Shown here piece after piece: positions 1 through 9,104 of a DNA stretch of 64,000 bases. A program made the translations under genes and the position numbers. The notes below the pieces were generated by a model. The model did not search any database. It was not told the DNA's origin and saw nothing but the letters and a program-made list of their open reading frames with translations. Position 1 is the stretch's first letter. Every line of letters starts with the position of its first letter. Where the stretch lies: positions 1,568,001 to 1,632,000 of the forward strand of contig OZ242041.1 in NCBI GenBank assembly GCA_965205215.1, given 5' to 3'. The DNA is from Nitrosopumilus sp. GTDB taxonomy: Archaea; Thermoproteota; Nitrososphaeria; Nitrososphaerales; Nitrosopumilaceae.

Positions 1-893
1 ACGGCGAGATGAAGAAAAGTGCAGAGGAGAGGGCGCTCCAATGCTTTGAGTGCTCCGACATGGCCAGGGACGACCAGGAATTCAGGAGTCACGTGATGGA
101 GATGGGCAGGTACCTGTCCGTCGTTGACCGCATGAGCGGATACGCCCTGGGCGACTTTACAAAGGCCATGGAGATGGCAAAGATGAACGCCCACGCCCTT
201 GGATGGAGCCCCTCGCTGATAGTGCGCAGGGCGGTCACATACTTTGAGGACCTGCTGAATAACGAGGACGACATGATAGGGGCCATAATGCAGATACTTC
301 CAAAGCAGATGAGGGTGAACTTTTACAGCACCGTGCTGTCGTTCTTCCAGACCAGGCAGGAAGAGATCAAAATACAGGCCGAACACGCGTACGAGAACCT
401 AAAGCTGATACCGACAATCGAGTCGATAAACACCAGGGCCGATCCGGAGTTTATCAGCGCGCTGTACAGCATATTTGAGCAGCTGCCCTCCCCGCTCCAG
501 TTCAAGCACGCTGCATTTGGCGAGTCGGTGATGGATCCGGGCACCGTACTGACTACGCTGCGCGTAAACGGCCGGAACGGCAAGATTGTCGGGTATGCAA
601 AGGGAGGGCCGCTTGAGAGATACAATCTCAGAGAGGAGATACACGACGAGAACCACGGCATGTCCAACACCATATTCCTGGAGCCAATGGGACTCAGCAT
701 AGGGTACTGGGGGCTGGGCGGCGGAAGCGGCATGCGCAACATGTTCATCATGCAGGCGAGCGCCAAGAAATACACGTACCTCACAAGCTTTGCGCTGCGG
801 GACGTGGTCAGCGCCAGAGTGAGCAAGGAGGAGGCCGAGTTCGTGGCCCGGTTTGATCCCGAGAGGTGGGACTATTACCGCATAGGTCTGTGA
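1..893 (+). CDS. Conserved thaumarchaeal protein, C-terminal part (possibly HD-domain associated, with a GNAT-like C-terminus); 5'-truncated by the window
   Basis: Frame is open from the window edge through ORF 9..893. C-terminal GKIVGYAKG...IFLEPMGLSIGYWGLGGGSGMR resembles an acetyltransferase fold. Confidence 0.6.
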   Translation, partial: GEMKKSAEERALQCFECSDMARDDQEFRSHVMEMGRYLSVVDRMSGYALGDFTKAMEMAKMNAHALGWSPSLIVRRAVTYFEDLLNNEDDMIGAIMQILPKQMRVNFYSTVLSFFQTRQEEIKIQAEHAYENLKLIPTIESINTRADPEFISALYSIFEQLPSPLQFKHAAFGESVMDPGTVLTTLRVNGRNGKIVGYAKGGPLERYNLREEIHDENHGMSNTIFLEPMGLSIGYWGLGGGSGMRNMFIMQASAKKYTYLTSFALRDVVSARVSKEEAEFVARFDPERWDYYRIGL

Positions 894-1084
894 CGGATAC
901 GGGCGGCAACTGAGCAGGGTGCAGGCAGGAACGCACGGGACGGGCAGGACGCGGGGCGGCCGATACGATCAAGGGGGTTTATGACGGTGAGAGGGACGGA
1001 GCATGGCACGAGGGAAGCGGCAGCCGCACGGGCGGCGGGGACGGGAAAGCGCGCCGGCGCCCCGAAACGCGGGGCGCGGTTGCA

Positions 1085-2647
1085 ATGACCACGTATGACG
1101 CGGCGCGCCTCGTCTCAAAACTAGAGTCTGCCATATCAGGCGATGTGGGCTCATCCCCGCACCACATAAGATACTATTCAGTCGACTCGAGCTCGTATGC
1201 AGTCAGGCCCGACGTCGTCGTGATACCGCGGGACGTGGAGGACGTGTCGGCCGCCGTAAGGGTCGCAGCCGAGATGGGAGCCCCCATAACGGCAAGGGGC
1301 GGAGGGACGGGGCTCGTCGGAGGGGCGCTCAACTGCGGGATAATACTTGACATGAGAAACATAAGCGGGATCAGGATCGTGCGGCTCGGCCCGGCAGGCG
1401 GCTCGGTCGAGGCCGGGGCCGGCGCCACTAGGGGAAGGCTTGATGACGTTTTGCGAGCCGCAGGCATGATGTTCGGGCCAAACCCGTCGGTGGGCCCATT
1501 TTGCACGGTAGGCGGCATGGTTGCAAACAACGCGGCCGGCAGCAGGAGCCTAAAGTACGGAGCCACCATAGACAACGTGTCTGGAATCACAATCGTAGAC
1601 GGGACGGGCGGCCTCACAAGGCTGCCGGAGGACGCCGACGCGGCGGCCGGGATATGGGACATTGCAAGGCGAATAGACCGGTCCAGGTATCCCGACGTTC
1701 CAAAGAACTCGTCTGGATACAGGCTTGACGCCGTATCGTCGGCCGCGGACGCCCACAGGGCCATAGTCGGCTCCGAGGGCACGCTCGGCGTCATCGTATC
1801 GGCCACAATCGACGCAGTAAGGCGTCCCGAATCAAGGACGCTGCACATCCTAGAGTACGAGACGGAGCAGGACGCGGCGGCCGATTGCATGGAGCTTGTA
1901 GGCGCCACGAGGCCGTCGGCAGCAGAGTTTGTCGACAGGACGGTACTGGACAACATAGGCGGCGGCTTTGGCAGCAGTGCGCAGTGCCTCCTGTTCGTCG
2001 AGTACGAAGGCGGGGATCTCGCACCGGCAGGCATGTCGCGCGAGGGGGGCTCCGGCAGCGACGCGCGGGGGGCAGAGGGCAATGGCGGGAAGGGCGTAGC
2101 CTCGCTGGCGCGCAAGGCCACAGGGCAGACTGTCATAACCGACGAGCTTGAGATAGCAAGGTGGTGGGGGTACAGGGACTCGGCCCTGCACTATAGCCTC
2201 ATATCAATAGACGACGACACCGAAGAGGTGGTACCCCACGTGATAGAGGACGCGGTCGTCCCGCTCGGCGCCCTGCCGGAGCTCTTCGCGTCGCTGAGCC
2301 GCATACGGCGGAGGTACGGCGCTAGGATAGTTACGTACGGGCACGCAGGCAGCGGGAACATACATGCGCGCCTCGTACTAAAAAAGGGAGAAGTGGGGCG
2401 TCTGGGAAGGATAGCGGCAGAATACTTCGAGAGGGTAATTGCGCTGGGGGGCAGCACGACCGCAGAGCACGGGGACGGGCTGGCCCGCTCGGAGTTTGTT
2501 GAAATGCAGTACGGTCAGGAAAACGTAAGGCTGTTTGCAGAGCTCAAGAGCCTGCTTGATCCCTCGAACGTGATGAACCCGGGCAAGATCCTCGCCGGCG
2601 GTAACGGTGTAACGGACGTTTTATCTGAAAACTTCCAAGTCAGCTAG
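1085..2647 (+). CDS. FAD-binding oxidoreductase (GlcD/D-lactate dehydrogenase family)
   Basis: ARGGGTGLVGGA, CTVGGMVANNAAG, VGSEGTLGVI, GHAGSGNIH, AEHGDG and LDPSNVMNPGK motifs. Confidence 0.92.
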   Translation: MTTYDAARLVSKLESAISGDVGSSPHHIRYYSVDSSSYAVRPDVVVIPRDVEDVSAAVRVAAEMGAPITARGGGTGLVGGALNCGIILDMRNISGIRIVRLGPAGGSVEAGAGATRGRLDDVLRAAGMMFGPNPSVGPFCTVGGMVANNAAGSRSLKYGATIDNVSGITIVDGTGGLTRLPEDADAAAGIWDIARRIDRSRYPDVPKNSSGYRLDAVSSAADAHRAIVGSEGTLGVIVSATIDAVRRPESRTLHILEYETEQDAAADCMELVGATRPSAAEFVDRTVLDNIGGGFGSSAQCLLFVEYEGGDLAPAGMSREGGSGSDARGAEGNGGKGVASLARKATGQTVITDELEIARWWGYRDSALHYSLISIDDDTEEVVPHVIEDAVVPLGALPELFASLSRIRRRYGARIVTYGHAGSGNIHARLVLKKGEVGRLGRIAAEYFERVIALGGSTTAEHGDGLARSEFVEMQYGQENVRLFAELKSLLDPSNVMNPGKILAGGNGVTDVLSENFQVS

Positions 2648-2704
2648 GCGGCGCCAATGGCGCGCGACACATGCGAAAACAGGGGACGGCGCCGAGACGA
2701 TGCA

Positions 2705-3097
2705 CTATCGCAGGCGCCTGTAGATCTCCTTGAACTCCAGCGAGAGGTTAAACGAGAGGTTGAGAAGGTGTGCAAGCTCGTTCATAGAGGTCTTGTCATG
2801 GCCAAGCTGGCGCAGCAGCGTCAGCGCCTTTTGCGGCGAGCTTGGCACAAGGGGCGCGTCACCGGTCCACGTCCTGAACGCCTCTTCAACGTCCAGGCTA
2901 AAGTTGAGGACAAACTCGCGCCAGTTGGGCATGGACTCGAGAGCCTTCTCGGACAGGAGCTCCTCTGAGAGTGTCCGGAACTCGTGTCTGCGGTCCACGT
3001 ACAGCATCTCAAGCGCCTGCTCCACCTTTTCCTCGTCGTACCTGCTGGTGTTGAGCATGTACATTCCTGCTATGCTCATGTGCCATATACGCGGCAA
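2705..3097 (-). CDS. Conserved thaumarchaeal hypothetical protein (start possibly at an internal Met)
   Basis: 130-aa ORF with normal composition, preceded by an AT-rich promoter-like stretch at 3100-3165. Confidence 0.75.
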   Translation of the reverse strand: MPRIWHMSIAGMYMLNTSRYDEEKVEQALEMLYVDRRHEFRTLSEELLSEKALESMPNWREFVLNFSLDVEEAFRTWTGDAPLVPSSPQKALTLLRQLGHDKTSMNELAHLLNLSFNLSLEFKEIYRRLR

Positions 3098-3192
3098 TAA
3101 TTAATAAACAAAACCACATTATTACTTAAAATATTTTTAAATATTGAACATTTTAGATTACATTTGTATGGCGCGCTCCGCACCGTCAGTCA

Positions 3193-5475
3193 TTACTGGA
3201 ACGGATCGATAAATGGGCAGTTGACAATGTGATCGCTGTCCATCGGACGGGCCAGACTGGCAGTTATCAGCCCCTCATCCAGGAATGCTCTGATGTCGCC
3301 CGTAGTCTCAAGCAGCCTTGCGTCTGCAGGATCCTTCCACTCTATGATATAGATGCGCCACATGGGCGAATACCCCGCATCGCCAAGGGCGGAGCTTGCA
3401 ATGCCGGGCTGGAAGCCCAGAGGACCTGAACCGGCAATGCCGTTTGCAAACTGGTACAGGTCAACTGCGGCAGAGTTTGCAATGAGTGCGGCAGAGGTGT
3501 CTGCAGAGACGACCCCCATCATGTTGGCAGGCCCGCTCGGCGTGGCGTCTGTCACTATATAGTATATGGTACGACCGTCAGGGCCCCATCCGCGGTGGGC
3601 AACAAACGTTACGGTCATCTCCTCGGTGTCGATTTCAAGTATCTGTCCCCCTCCGTATGGCGTGTCGTCGTTTATGGATGCGTCCTCCTTTACCACCATC
3701 TGTCCGCCCGGCCATACGATGTGTGGCATGTTGATCACCACGCCGATGTCGTCAAGCGATACCTCGCCGGCGTCGGCAGCCTCCATTATGGCGGCCTCCG
3801 AATCAAGTATGCGCGGGGAGGCCGAGTCGGCCCACGTCACATGCGTCTGGGCGGCAAGTGCGCTGTACGTATCTGCCTGCTCCGGGGTGCTTGTAAACAC
3901 CTGGTTCTGGAATCCGTGTATGCCGTCACCCTCGACCCCGTTTGTAAACATGTACGTCGTGGAGAGCGCCGCATCGGGGGCGTTCCCAAGGAATGGTGCC
4001 ATCTCGACCCTCCAGTCTTGGAGTTCGGTGATTATGCCGGCATGGATCTCGTCATTAGTGTCCGTGATGACATAGTACACATCCTGTCCCTCATGGTATC
4101 CCATGTGCAATGGAATGTCTACGGCAACGTTGGCCCTCGAAAGCCTCAGCTCCATCTCTTTTGGCTCCTCCATCATTGCTTCCTCTTCCTGCGCCATCAT
4201 TGCTTCCTCCTCTTGTGGCATCATCTCCTCTTCTTCCTGCGCCATCATTGCTTCCTCCTCTTGTGGCATCATCTCCTCTTCTTCCTGCGCCATCATTGCT
4301 TCCTCCTCTTGTGGCATCATCTCCCCTTCTTCCTGCGCCATGGGTTCCATCGCGGCATCGTATGGGGCAAAGTTCTTTGGAAGCTCCATAATCTGCTCTG
4401 CGTCAAGCGGCAGCAACGGCATGCTGATTACAATAGGAATCTCAGTCAGAAGCACGTCGCCGGATCCCTCTGCGGCCATGATCGAGTCCTCGGACGTCAG
4501 GAGTCGCGGATCCGCGTCGTTGGTCCACGTCACGTGCACGTGCGTGGAGAGCGGACTATACGCCTCGTCGCCCGGAACCGACGTGAACACCTGCCTCTGG
4601 AATCCGTGCACGCCGGGTCCCTCTATGCCGTTCGTGAAGAAATACACCTTTGAGACGGAGGCGGCACCGACGTCTGCAAGCATTGGCACGTGCACAGAGT
4701 CAAGTCCCTGCAGCCTTGTCACCAGTTCGGAGTGCGTCTTGTCGCTGGATTCCAGTATCGTATTGTACACCTTCTGTCCGTCGTAAAATCCATAGTGGAG
4801 CGGCACCCGCAGTATCTTCTCAGGCGTCCTGTCCAGCGTTTCTGACTGCACCAGTGACATTGTGAATCGAGGCATGTTGATCACGACGTCAAGCTCGGTC
4901 AGTTCCAAGTCACCCGCCTCGGCGGCCGACAGTATGGCCTGCTCGGATGTCAATATCCTTGGAAGCACGCCCTCGTACCACGTCACGTGTATGTGTCCGG
5001 CCAGCGGCGAATAGTTGTCCTGTCCCGGAACCGACGTAAAGACCTCGCTCTGGAATCCGTGCACGCCGCTGCCGCGCACGCCGTTTGTAAACATGTATGT
5101 GACAGAGCGCACGTCCTCCGGGACCGACGCCAAGGACGGCACGTACTCGACAGTCCAACCCTGGGCCTGGGTGATCACGTCGGCATGCACGCGCTCACTT
5201 GCCTCCGTTATGATGTAATATGCGGACTGGCCGTCATAATACCCCTTGTGAAGGGGCACCGTGATGCCAGCAACGTCAACGTCCGGGGCGTCCTCGGCCG
5301 ACTCGCCTGCCTGCGCCGCAACCCATGCGTCGCGGCCGCCCTCAATCTCGGAGCAGAGCTGCAGTCCGCACACGTCGTTGTTTGCGCCAAAAGCCTCGGT
5401 CAAGGGACTTGGGCCGGAACCCGTCACTAGAAGAGGGGCCACGGATATTGCGGCAATAATGAAAAGGTAATTCAT
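3193..5475 (-). CDS. Secreted repeat protein with four copies of a DUF7482-like domain and a Met/Glu-rich linker
   Basis: Signal peptide. Repeated PLHxG(Y/F)(Y/H)xG...F(T/A)NG(V/I)xGxG(V/I)HGFQxxVFTSxP...YS(P/A)L...HVTW...PRIL units. Confidence 0.8.
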   Translation of the reverse strand: MNYLFIIAAISVAPLLVTGSGPSPLTEAFGANNDVCGLQLCSEIEGGRDAWVAAQAGESAEDAPDVDVAGITVPLHKGYYDGQSAYYIITEASERVHADVITQAQGWTVEYVPSLASVPEDVRSVTYMFTNGVRGSGVHGFQSEVFTSVPGQDNYSPLAGHIHVTWYEGVLPRILTSEQAILSAAEAGDLELTELDVVINMPRFTMSLVQSETLDRTPEKILRVPLHYGFYDGQKVYNTILESSDKTHSELVTRLQGLDSVHVPMLADVGAASVSKVYFFTNGIEGPGVHGFQRQVFTSVPGDEAYSPLSTHVHVTWTNDADPRLLTSEDSIMAAEGSGDVLLTEIPIVISMPLLPLDAEQIMELPKNFAPYDAAMEPMAQEEGEMMPQEEEAMMAQEEEEMMPQEEEAMMAQEEEEMMPQEEEAMMAQEEEAMMEEPKEMELRLSRANVAVDIPLHMGYHEGQDVYYVITDTNDEIHAGIITELQDWRVEMAPFLGNAPDAALSTTYMFTNGVEGDGIHGFQNQVFTSTPEQADTYSALAAQTHVTWADSASPRILDSEAAIMEAADAGEVSLDDIGVVINMPHIVWPGGQMVVKEDASINDDTPYGGGQILEIDTEEMTVTFVAHRGWGPDGRTIYYIVTDATPSGPANMMGVVSADTSAALIANSAAVDLYQFANGIAGSGPLGFQPGIASSALGDAGYSPMWRIYIIEWKDPADARLLETTGDIRAFLDEGLITASLARPMDSDHIVNCPFIDPFQ
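4168..4341 (-). repeat. Intragenic 48-bp tandem repeat (about 3.5 copies; AMMAQEEEEMMPQEEE)
   Basis: Unit gccatcattgcttcctcctcttgtggcatcatctcctcttcttcctgc repeated in tandem, built from 24-bp subunits. Confidence 0.9.
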
Positions 5476-5772
5476 ATGAGGATCACAGCAGTCCTAGGTT
5501 TAAAAGCATTTGTCCGTTTTTGGGGACGCCCCGCAGACGGGGGTATGCCAACTGCAGGCAATATAATCTAAGCATATTGAAATCGCACTACCGCCCCGCG
5601 ACAAACTCTCCTGCATGCGCCGCTTCCAAGGTCACCAATGGCGCACACTCCGAGCTGCAGTGGCAGGGGAGGGGGATCAGCCCGTATGGCGCCACGCCGC
5701 CAGTCCCGGCGTCGCCACCGCGGAGCACGGGCGGTTGCAAATTGATATACACGGCATGCCGCAACCACATGC

Positions 5773-6435
5773 ATGAGAACGCTCGGCACCATAGACCTGG
5801 AGGTACTGCAGCTTGCGGCGGCGTCAGGCGGCAGCATCAACGAGTCGGCAATCGAGCACTCTGCGCTCAGCAGGCTCGGAGTGGGCAGAATACTTGACGC
5901 CCTGGCGTCGCTCAGAGACAGGGACCTTTTGCGGCTTGACAAGGACAGCGGCTCGTTCAGCATGACAGACGCCGCACGCGCCATACTGTGGTCAGACTCG
6001 ATACCGCTCTGGGCAAGGATACTGCGCCTGCTTGAGATACGTTCGTGCGGCATCGTAGACATGATGGCCATATTGCGGATCGGCCGGAACGGCCCGCTTG
6101 AGGAGGCGCTCGGGGGCCTCCAGAGGGAGGGGTTTGTAATGGTGGCCCCACAGGTACGCGACGGCAGCCCTCAAAAGGTGTACGAGATACTCCCAGAGGG
6201 GATCGAGAGGATAGACGCCACATCAAAGGAGGGGGGCGGCGCGTACGCGAGTCAGATCCCAAAGGGTCCGGGCACGTACAACCTCATAAACGAGATAGAG
6301 CGCATCGTATCCGCGTCGAGTACGATGTCAGCAGACGAGCGGCGCGCCGTATTACAAAAGATATCGGGCCTCCGCGACATGATAGGGGCGTCGCATGCAG
6401 AGTCCGAGACGGGTGCGGCGCCAGGCGAGTCATAG
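5773..6435 (+). CDS. Hypothetical protein with tandem winged-helix-like segments
   Basis: 220-aa ORF with two wHTH-like endings (SFSMTDAAR; VYEILPEGIERI). Confidence 0.65.
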   Translation: MRTLGTIDLEVLQLAAASGGSINESAIEHSALSRLGVGRILDALASLRDRDLLRLDKDSGSFSMTDAARAILWSDSIPLWARILRLLEIRSCGIVDMMAILRIGRNGPLEEALGGLQREGFVMVAPQVRDGSPQKVYEILPEGIERIDATSKEGGGAYASQIPKGPGTYNLINEIERIVSASSTMSADERRAVLQKISGLRDMIGASHAESETGAAPGES

Positions 6436-6467
6436 CGGCGCAGCGTGTGTGGGGGCGGCCCCCCGGC

Positions 6468-8198
6468 TTACCGCCCGCCCGTCTTCAGCCTGTCCTGTAT
6501 CTGGGCCAGTATGAACTCCGACTTGTTCCTGTTCTCAAAGTTGTCCGCAGTCGCGTCCATTATCTCGTCAATCTCATAGCTCTTATCCACAAGCACGCCG
6601 GCCACCTGGTCGTCAAGCGTTCCGCTTCCTATCAGATAGTACGCAAACACGGTGTTCTTCTGCCCTATGCGGTGCAGCCTGTCCTCGGCCTGCCTGTGGA
6701 CGGCCGGACTCCAGTCGAGCTCTGCAAATATCACGTATTTTGCAACGGTCAGGTTTATCCCCACGTTGCCGGCCCTGATCCCGGCGATCATCAGCTTTGA
6801 ATCGCCGCGCTGGAATTTCGAGATCTGATCGTTGCGCACCGCGTCAGTCTGTCCCCCGATTATGGAGACCGGCGAGAACTCTTTGAGGCTGTCGTTGAGC
6901 ATCTTGTGAATTATCTTGTGGTGGCAGAACACCACCACGCTCTCCTCGATCTCCATGATGTTCTTGACGAAGTTTATGACGTGCGACAGCTTGGCAATGC
7001 CTGCAACCTGCCGCTCGCTCTTGATTGCACGCTGGTACGAGGCCGAACGCTCAAACTCGTCCTTTGCGACCTTCTGCTCGGCCGTAAGCTTTGCCCATAT
7101 CTTGTCAAGTTCCTCCAAGTAGTAGTCCGAGTTTGACGCCACCATCTCCTTGTACCGCACCTTGTCCTTCAGCTCCTTGAGCACGTCGGACTTTTTGCGG
7201 CGCAGCATGACGTGTTTTTGCAGCTCGTTCCGGAGCGAGGCCCGCTTGCTCTCGAGGACGATCGCCTTTCCCTTCGTGTCGACGTAGCAGAAGTACTCGC
7301 AGAACTCCTTGAAGCTGCCAAGCAGCCCGGGCTTTATGATGTTGACAATCGGCCATATCTCCGAACCGTGGTTGTATATCGGGGTGCCGGAGAGCCCTAT
7401 GCGGTACTTGACAGAGTCGAGCGCCGCAAGCTCCTTGACGGCCTTGTATTTCTGGGTGGTCTTTGAGCGCAGGTTGTGCACCTCGTCGCATACTATCATG
7501 CGCAGCCCCGTCTCGGCAAGGTCGGCGCGCCGCTTGTAGAGGAGCTCATAGTTTATCAGATAAATGTCGGATCTCGGAAGCGCGTCACGTTTGCCCGTCC
7601 TTATCATTGCAACAGAGGGCGAGTCGCCGTCTACAATCCGGCCGTTCCGGCTCTTCCTCTTTAGGAACTTTGCAATCTCGGCCTCCCAGTTGTTGAGCGT
7701 GACCAGGGGGGCCACCACCAGCACCGGAAACGACTGCTTTTCAGTTGCCGCGTATGCCAGCGTCTGGACTGTCTTGCCGAGCCCCATCTCGTCGGCAAGG
7801 AGCGCGTTTCCCGATGATTTTAGCAGAAAGTCCAGCCCCTCCTTTTGAAAGTTCAGCAGCTTGCCCCGGAACTGCTGGCCTGCTTTTGCACGCTTGAGCT
7901 TGTGCGAGATGGGCTTCAGCACGGGGCGCGGAGACAGGGTACGCGTCAGCTTTCGCTGCCATGCGGACTTTGACCGTATGACAAGAGGGTACCTGTCAAG
8001 CATCATCTTGATGTGGCGTACGCTCTCGGCCGTATCGGGTATGATCACCTCGCTTGCGTTTTCGCCATACCACGCGTTTGGAACAAGCCTTGAGATCATG
8101 TTGACGGCCCTGTCGCCTGTGACCTTCCACGTCCAGTCTTTGGAGTACCGATCAAGCACATACTCCAAGGTGCCGATGGATTCCAAAGACGTTTTCAT
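6468..8198 (-). CDS. SNF2-family (SF2) helicase/ATPase
   Basis: LLADEMGLGKT, DEVH, LSGTPIYN, GVGINL-like and QAEDRLHRIGQ motifs. Confidence 0.95.
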   Translation of the reverse strand: MKTSLESIGTLEYVLDRYSKDWTWKVTGDRAVNMISRLVPNAWYGENASEVIIPDTAESVRHIKMMLDRYPLVIRSKSAWQRKLTRTLSPRPVLKPISHKLKRAKAGQQFRGKLLNFQKEGLDFLLKSSGNALLADEMGLGKTVQTLAYAATEKQSFPVLVVAPLVTLNNWEAEIAKFLKRKSRNGRIVDGDSPSVAMIRTGKRDALPRSDIYLINYELLYKRRADLAETGLRMIVCDEVHNLRSKTTQKYKAVKELAALDSVKYRIGLSGTPIYNHGSEIWPIVNIIKPGLLGSFKEFCEYFCYVDTKGKAIVLESKRASLRNELQKHVMLRRKKSDVLKELKDKVRYKEMVASNSDYYLEELDKIWAKLTAEQKVAKDEFERSASYQRAIKSERQVAGIAKLSHVINFVKNIMEIEESVVVFCHHKIIHKMLNDSLKEFSPVSIIGGQTDAVRNDQISKFQRGDSKLMIAGIRAGNVGINLTVAKYVIFAELDWSPAVHRQAEDRLHRIGQKNTVFAYYLIGSGTLDDQVAGVLVDKSYEIDEIMDATADNFENRNKSEFILAQIQDRLKTGGR

Positions 8199-8294
8199 AG
8201 TTTGGAGAATGGAAGAATTATTGCCTTATGAATCTTGACATAAAAGTTCGGGCTAAGCCCCTGCCCGGACGCCCATGGTAACACCGGAGCGTGC

Positions 8295-8915
8295 CTACCG
8301 GTTTTTCCAATCTTGCATCCGGTTCACGCCTAGGCTGGGCTGGGTGTTGCTTACATCTAGCGCCGGGGTCAGTCCGTACATGTGCACGCGCAGTGGCCAG
8401 TCCTTGTCCCGGTGCCTTTTTTGCATCCCGGACAGCTTGCGCCTGTACAGATCCTCGCTTTGGACGGCTTCGGCATCCATCTGCTTGTCAACCTCCACAA
8501 TCTCGCCTGTAGTGCCTTATCCTTCTGACGCACTGCCTCGGCACAAGATCGTCTTGCGCGTCGCCGGGACTGAGCGCGTCCATCCGGGGCAGCACCTTGT
8601 GCGGGTACACGTTGGCCGCGCGCACCGCCTTGCGTCCGCTTGCGTGTTAAGGCACTGTCCCCGCCCCAAGACCCTTCCCCTTCCGTCTGCTATGCAGTAA
8701 TCACGTACTATCTTTTCAATGTCGATTCCCATGCTCACCTTCATCCTTTCTTCTCACCTCCCTTGCGGATGTCTCTAATGAAACGGAAGCTGCGTGAATC
8801 ATCAAAGCGCGCAGCCCAGTCATACAACAGCTCGGACTTTCCCATTCTGTCCCAGAGGCGCTTGGCCCACAGTACCCCAAGGGTCGCTCCATCGCGGCGC
8901 GCACTGAGCAGGCGC
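8295..8915 (-). pseudogene. Possible decayed small-gene cluster (fragmented ORFs)
   Basis: A start-less fragment ...LWAKRLWDRMGKSELLYDWAARFDDSRSFRFIRDIRKGGEKKG* overlaps the start of ORF 8517..8744 (ATGA). ORF 8295..8498 follows. No family recognised. Confidence 0.25.
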
Positions 8916-9104
8916 CATCATGCATTCTGTCGCGAATTCGGAATCTGCCAAGCGACAGAGCTGCATTATTGTACACATGCAGATCAATGCGCCCGGACAC
9001 TGTTATTATGATGTTTGTTATTTGTGCCATTATGTCGGCCCCCCGAATTCGCAACAGAACCAGAATTCTGAATATTAATATACACAGCATATAAGACCAT
9101 ATCG

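Noticed and set aside
6468-8198. SNF2 helicase as part of a defence system
   Set aside because: No methylase, nuclease or other defence partner nearby. It looks like the stand-alone thaumarchaeal SNF2.
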